Shown here: piece after piece, positions 61,621-64,000 of the stretch
How the letters are laid out: each line of letters opens with the position of its first letter
How positions within the stretch are numbered: position 1 is the stretch's first letter
The notes under the pieces: model-generated
Told to the model about the DNA's origin: nothing
The model's database searches: none
What the model saw: the letters and a program-made list of their open reading frames with translations, nothing else
Made by a program: the position numbers and the translations under genes
Assembly: GCA_013239625.1 (NCBI GenBank)
Contig: MU053559.1
Location: 3,536,607-3,600,606 of the forward strand
Length of the DNA stretch: 64,000 bases
Reading direction: 5' to 3'
Source of the DNA: Lama guanicoe
Taxonomy: Eukaryota

Positions 61621-64000
61621 GAAGTATGCTCAGATTGTCTACCTTTGGTAATACACTTCAGGTTTTTGCAGTATATGGCTCAATTTCTACTTCACTTATT
61701 TTTACAGTTGTTTATAGTTTAAACTCCTAATAGCCACAGCATCCATAGTGAAGAATCATTTTTCTTCTTTAACACCTTAATATCAATTATTTCATATGGG
61801 CTGAATTTCTATTCCTTAGAAGAGTTCAAGTCAACTCAAGCCCCAGCTATTAGCATCCTTTTGTAGTGTGTGACCCTCCCCACCAGGAACACGCCTTGCT
61901 GTGGTCGCCATCTCTAAGGGGAACTCCTCTCCTCACCTGATTAGCATAGTCAGCAGACTCAATGACAGTCGTCATCTGGAGTCGACATGACATAAATGTC
62001 TATAAGAAAACATGGAAAGATTAAACTCAGGACTGCATAAAGATAATCAGAAGATTGATTCTGCATCTGTGACCTCACACTATGAAATTAGAATCATAGA
62101 AATAAGAATAATTAATTGCAATAACTTTATTCAACGGCCAATAGGTAGTATACGGTGGGGCTCTAATACTAATTTGTAATTTCTTCTTCCTAAAAGAATT
62201 GATGAAAAGCCTTAACACAGTGTTCTTGGGAAATATTCTCATCTTCTTCCTGAGCTGAATATTTTGCAGTTGGCTCTTCCTCTGTGTGTCCCCTACAGTC
62301 CTCGTCATGCCATCTGTTCTGATATATCACCCTTTGTTTAGAAGCCCCGATTATGATTTGTAGAAACAGTATTCATCTCAGCATCAGTCATTGTAAAAAA
62401 AAAATCACTTTCGGTCCAGTTTGTTTAGCACTTACGTTGCAAATAAGATTTGTTTTTCTTCTGCATGCTCTGCAACATGTCTAGGCATGACCTCTATTTT
62501 TCTGAAGCCTTGTAGCTTGTGTGTTTTTGCTTGAGGGCCCACCCCTCTGTGTGGCGCCCCTTCGTCTCTCTCCTGCCCATGCTGTGGCAATTAGGTCACA
62601 GAGGAAAGAGTCGTCCTCTGGTTTTTTTGAGCAGAAAAAGTCATTTCTCTTCCATCTCAGCCTTGTGTCTATAAGCCAGCTCAGTGCATCCATCTAGCTG
62701 TCAGCCTGTTAAAGAGAGTCATGAAGACTCTAGTTTGTTTCCTGCCAACTCTACTCTGAGCCAGTTCCTGACCAGTCCCCTGGTCCTGGGGCAGGTCTTT
62801 CCTTTGGCCTCTTAAACCAGCCTATGGACTTTTGAGTTGGATCTCAAGCTCTAGCCCAATGTCTCATGAAGGGCTTTGACTTGGACTGAAGCTGAGCACC
62901 CCCAACTCTGGGGCTGCTTGAGGATGTGATTCCCCTCCAAGCAAGTCCTTGAGACCAAAAGTAAAGTCTTGGTCCACTGAAAGGTCCCCAACTGTTTCTT
63001 GTTGTCCCCAAGGAGGGGATTCGGCCACTCTCAGGTTAGGATCCAGGCTGATAACGGATATTTCACTGGGCAGAACCAAAGCCCCTATAACGTGGAACAG
63101 TTGTTAAGTTGTTAAAATTTTGATTTAACATTGTTAAAGAGCTGCGATGGCTGAGACCCTTTCATCATTTCATCCCTCAATGTATGCTTCAAAAGAGATT
63201 AACAGAGAAGTTGGGGAAAAGAAACTGGTACACTCTAAAGAATATAATTTTAAAACACATTTTCTATCCCCTGTGAAGCTTCCAGCATGCAAAAAAAAAA
63301 GTGAAATGTACAACTTAGATAATATCTGATGAACTCAGTTCTGCACAGTCTGCCTTTTATTGAAACCTCCTGTGGCATCATAAGAGACTCACTGAGATAT
63401 CTGTTAATGAAAAGCTGGACAGCAAGAAAACGGTAATAAGGACTTTTTATCTCTGGCAGTCTTCTAATAAAAAAATGAAAGTAAGTTCATTTTAATTGAT
63501 GAAAGAAATACAGATTTCATCAAGTTGGAAAGGCAAATAAACACTGCCTAGCGCCGGAGGCGAGGATGGAAAACAGCATTCCTCTGTGCTTCTTGGTTAG
63601 AGATGCTGAGCATCACCTATTGGGGCATGAATTAGGTTCATGGTAATTGTTTTCGTATTTGGTTTTCCTAGGATTAGCATCATTTCTTGTTTATAAAGGC
63701 ATATTTCCAATGATGAACACAGTGCCTGACACAGAGTCGGCGCTCGATAAATCATTCTGAAACGGATGAATAAAAGATAATGTGGGATCTCTTCCTGCAG
63801 GGATTTATTACTTGGGAAGAGAAGACACAGGCACACACATACAGACATGCATACACACACAAATGATGCTTTCTATCATTTTATTCGCTGTTAATATTTC
63901 ACTGGTATTATCTGATTATTACACTATTGGTTTTGCAGTGTTTGTTAATAAGTCTTAAAGGTGGTCAAAAATGTTCTTTGTACCCTGGACTGTGTCCAGT

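Noticed and set aside
14800..64000. MAOB or EFHC2 exons, or a CpG-island promoter
   Set aside because: No matching peptide in the ORF track and no CpG island seen. Short exons below the ORF cutoff cannot be fully excluded.

Overview
Mammalian genomic DNA, very probably camelid (camel/alpaca/vicuna), judged from eight copies of a tRNA-Ala-derived SINE resembling camelid Vic-1. The only protein-coding gene is NDP (Norrin, Norrie disease protein; X-linked in eutherians) on the + strand. The window holds the end of intron 1, exon 2 (3488-3868, ATG at 3695), a 9652-nt phase-0 intron 2, and exon 3 (CDS 13521-13748, 3'UTR to about 14770), giving an intact 133-aa cystine-knot protein. The remaining ~49 kb is repeat-rich intergenic DNA (towards MAOB in the human gene order; no MAOB exon or CpG-island promoter was seen). 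It contains young 5'-truncated L1s with TSDs, old L1/L2/MIR, MaLR/ERV LTRs and MER/Tigger DNA elements. The structure least explained by these features is a ~290-bp-arm inverted repeat (28486-28775 / 29417-29705, ~86% identity by hand alignment, 641-bp spacer) that encloses an exon-like segment with consensus splice sites. Also notable are a probable L1 3' transduction at 45336-45688, three uORFs in the NDP leader, and a MER53-derived miR-1302-like hairpin. Repeat family names come from recalled consensus sequences and need RepeatMasker/Dfam confirmation. No new biological system can be established from sequence alone.
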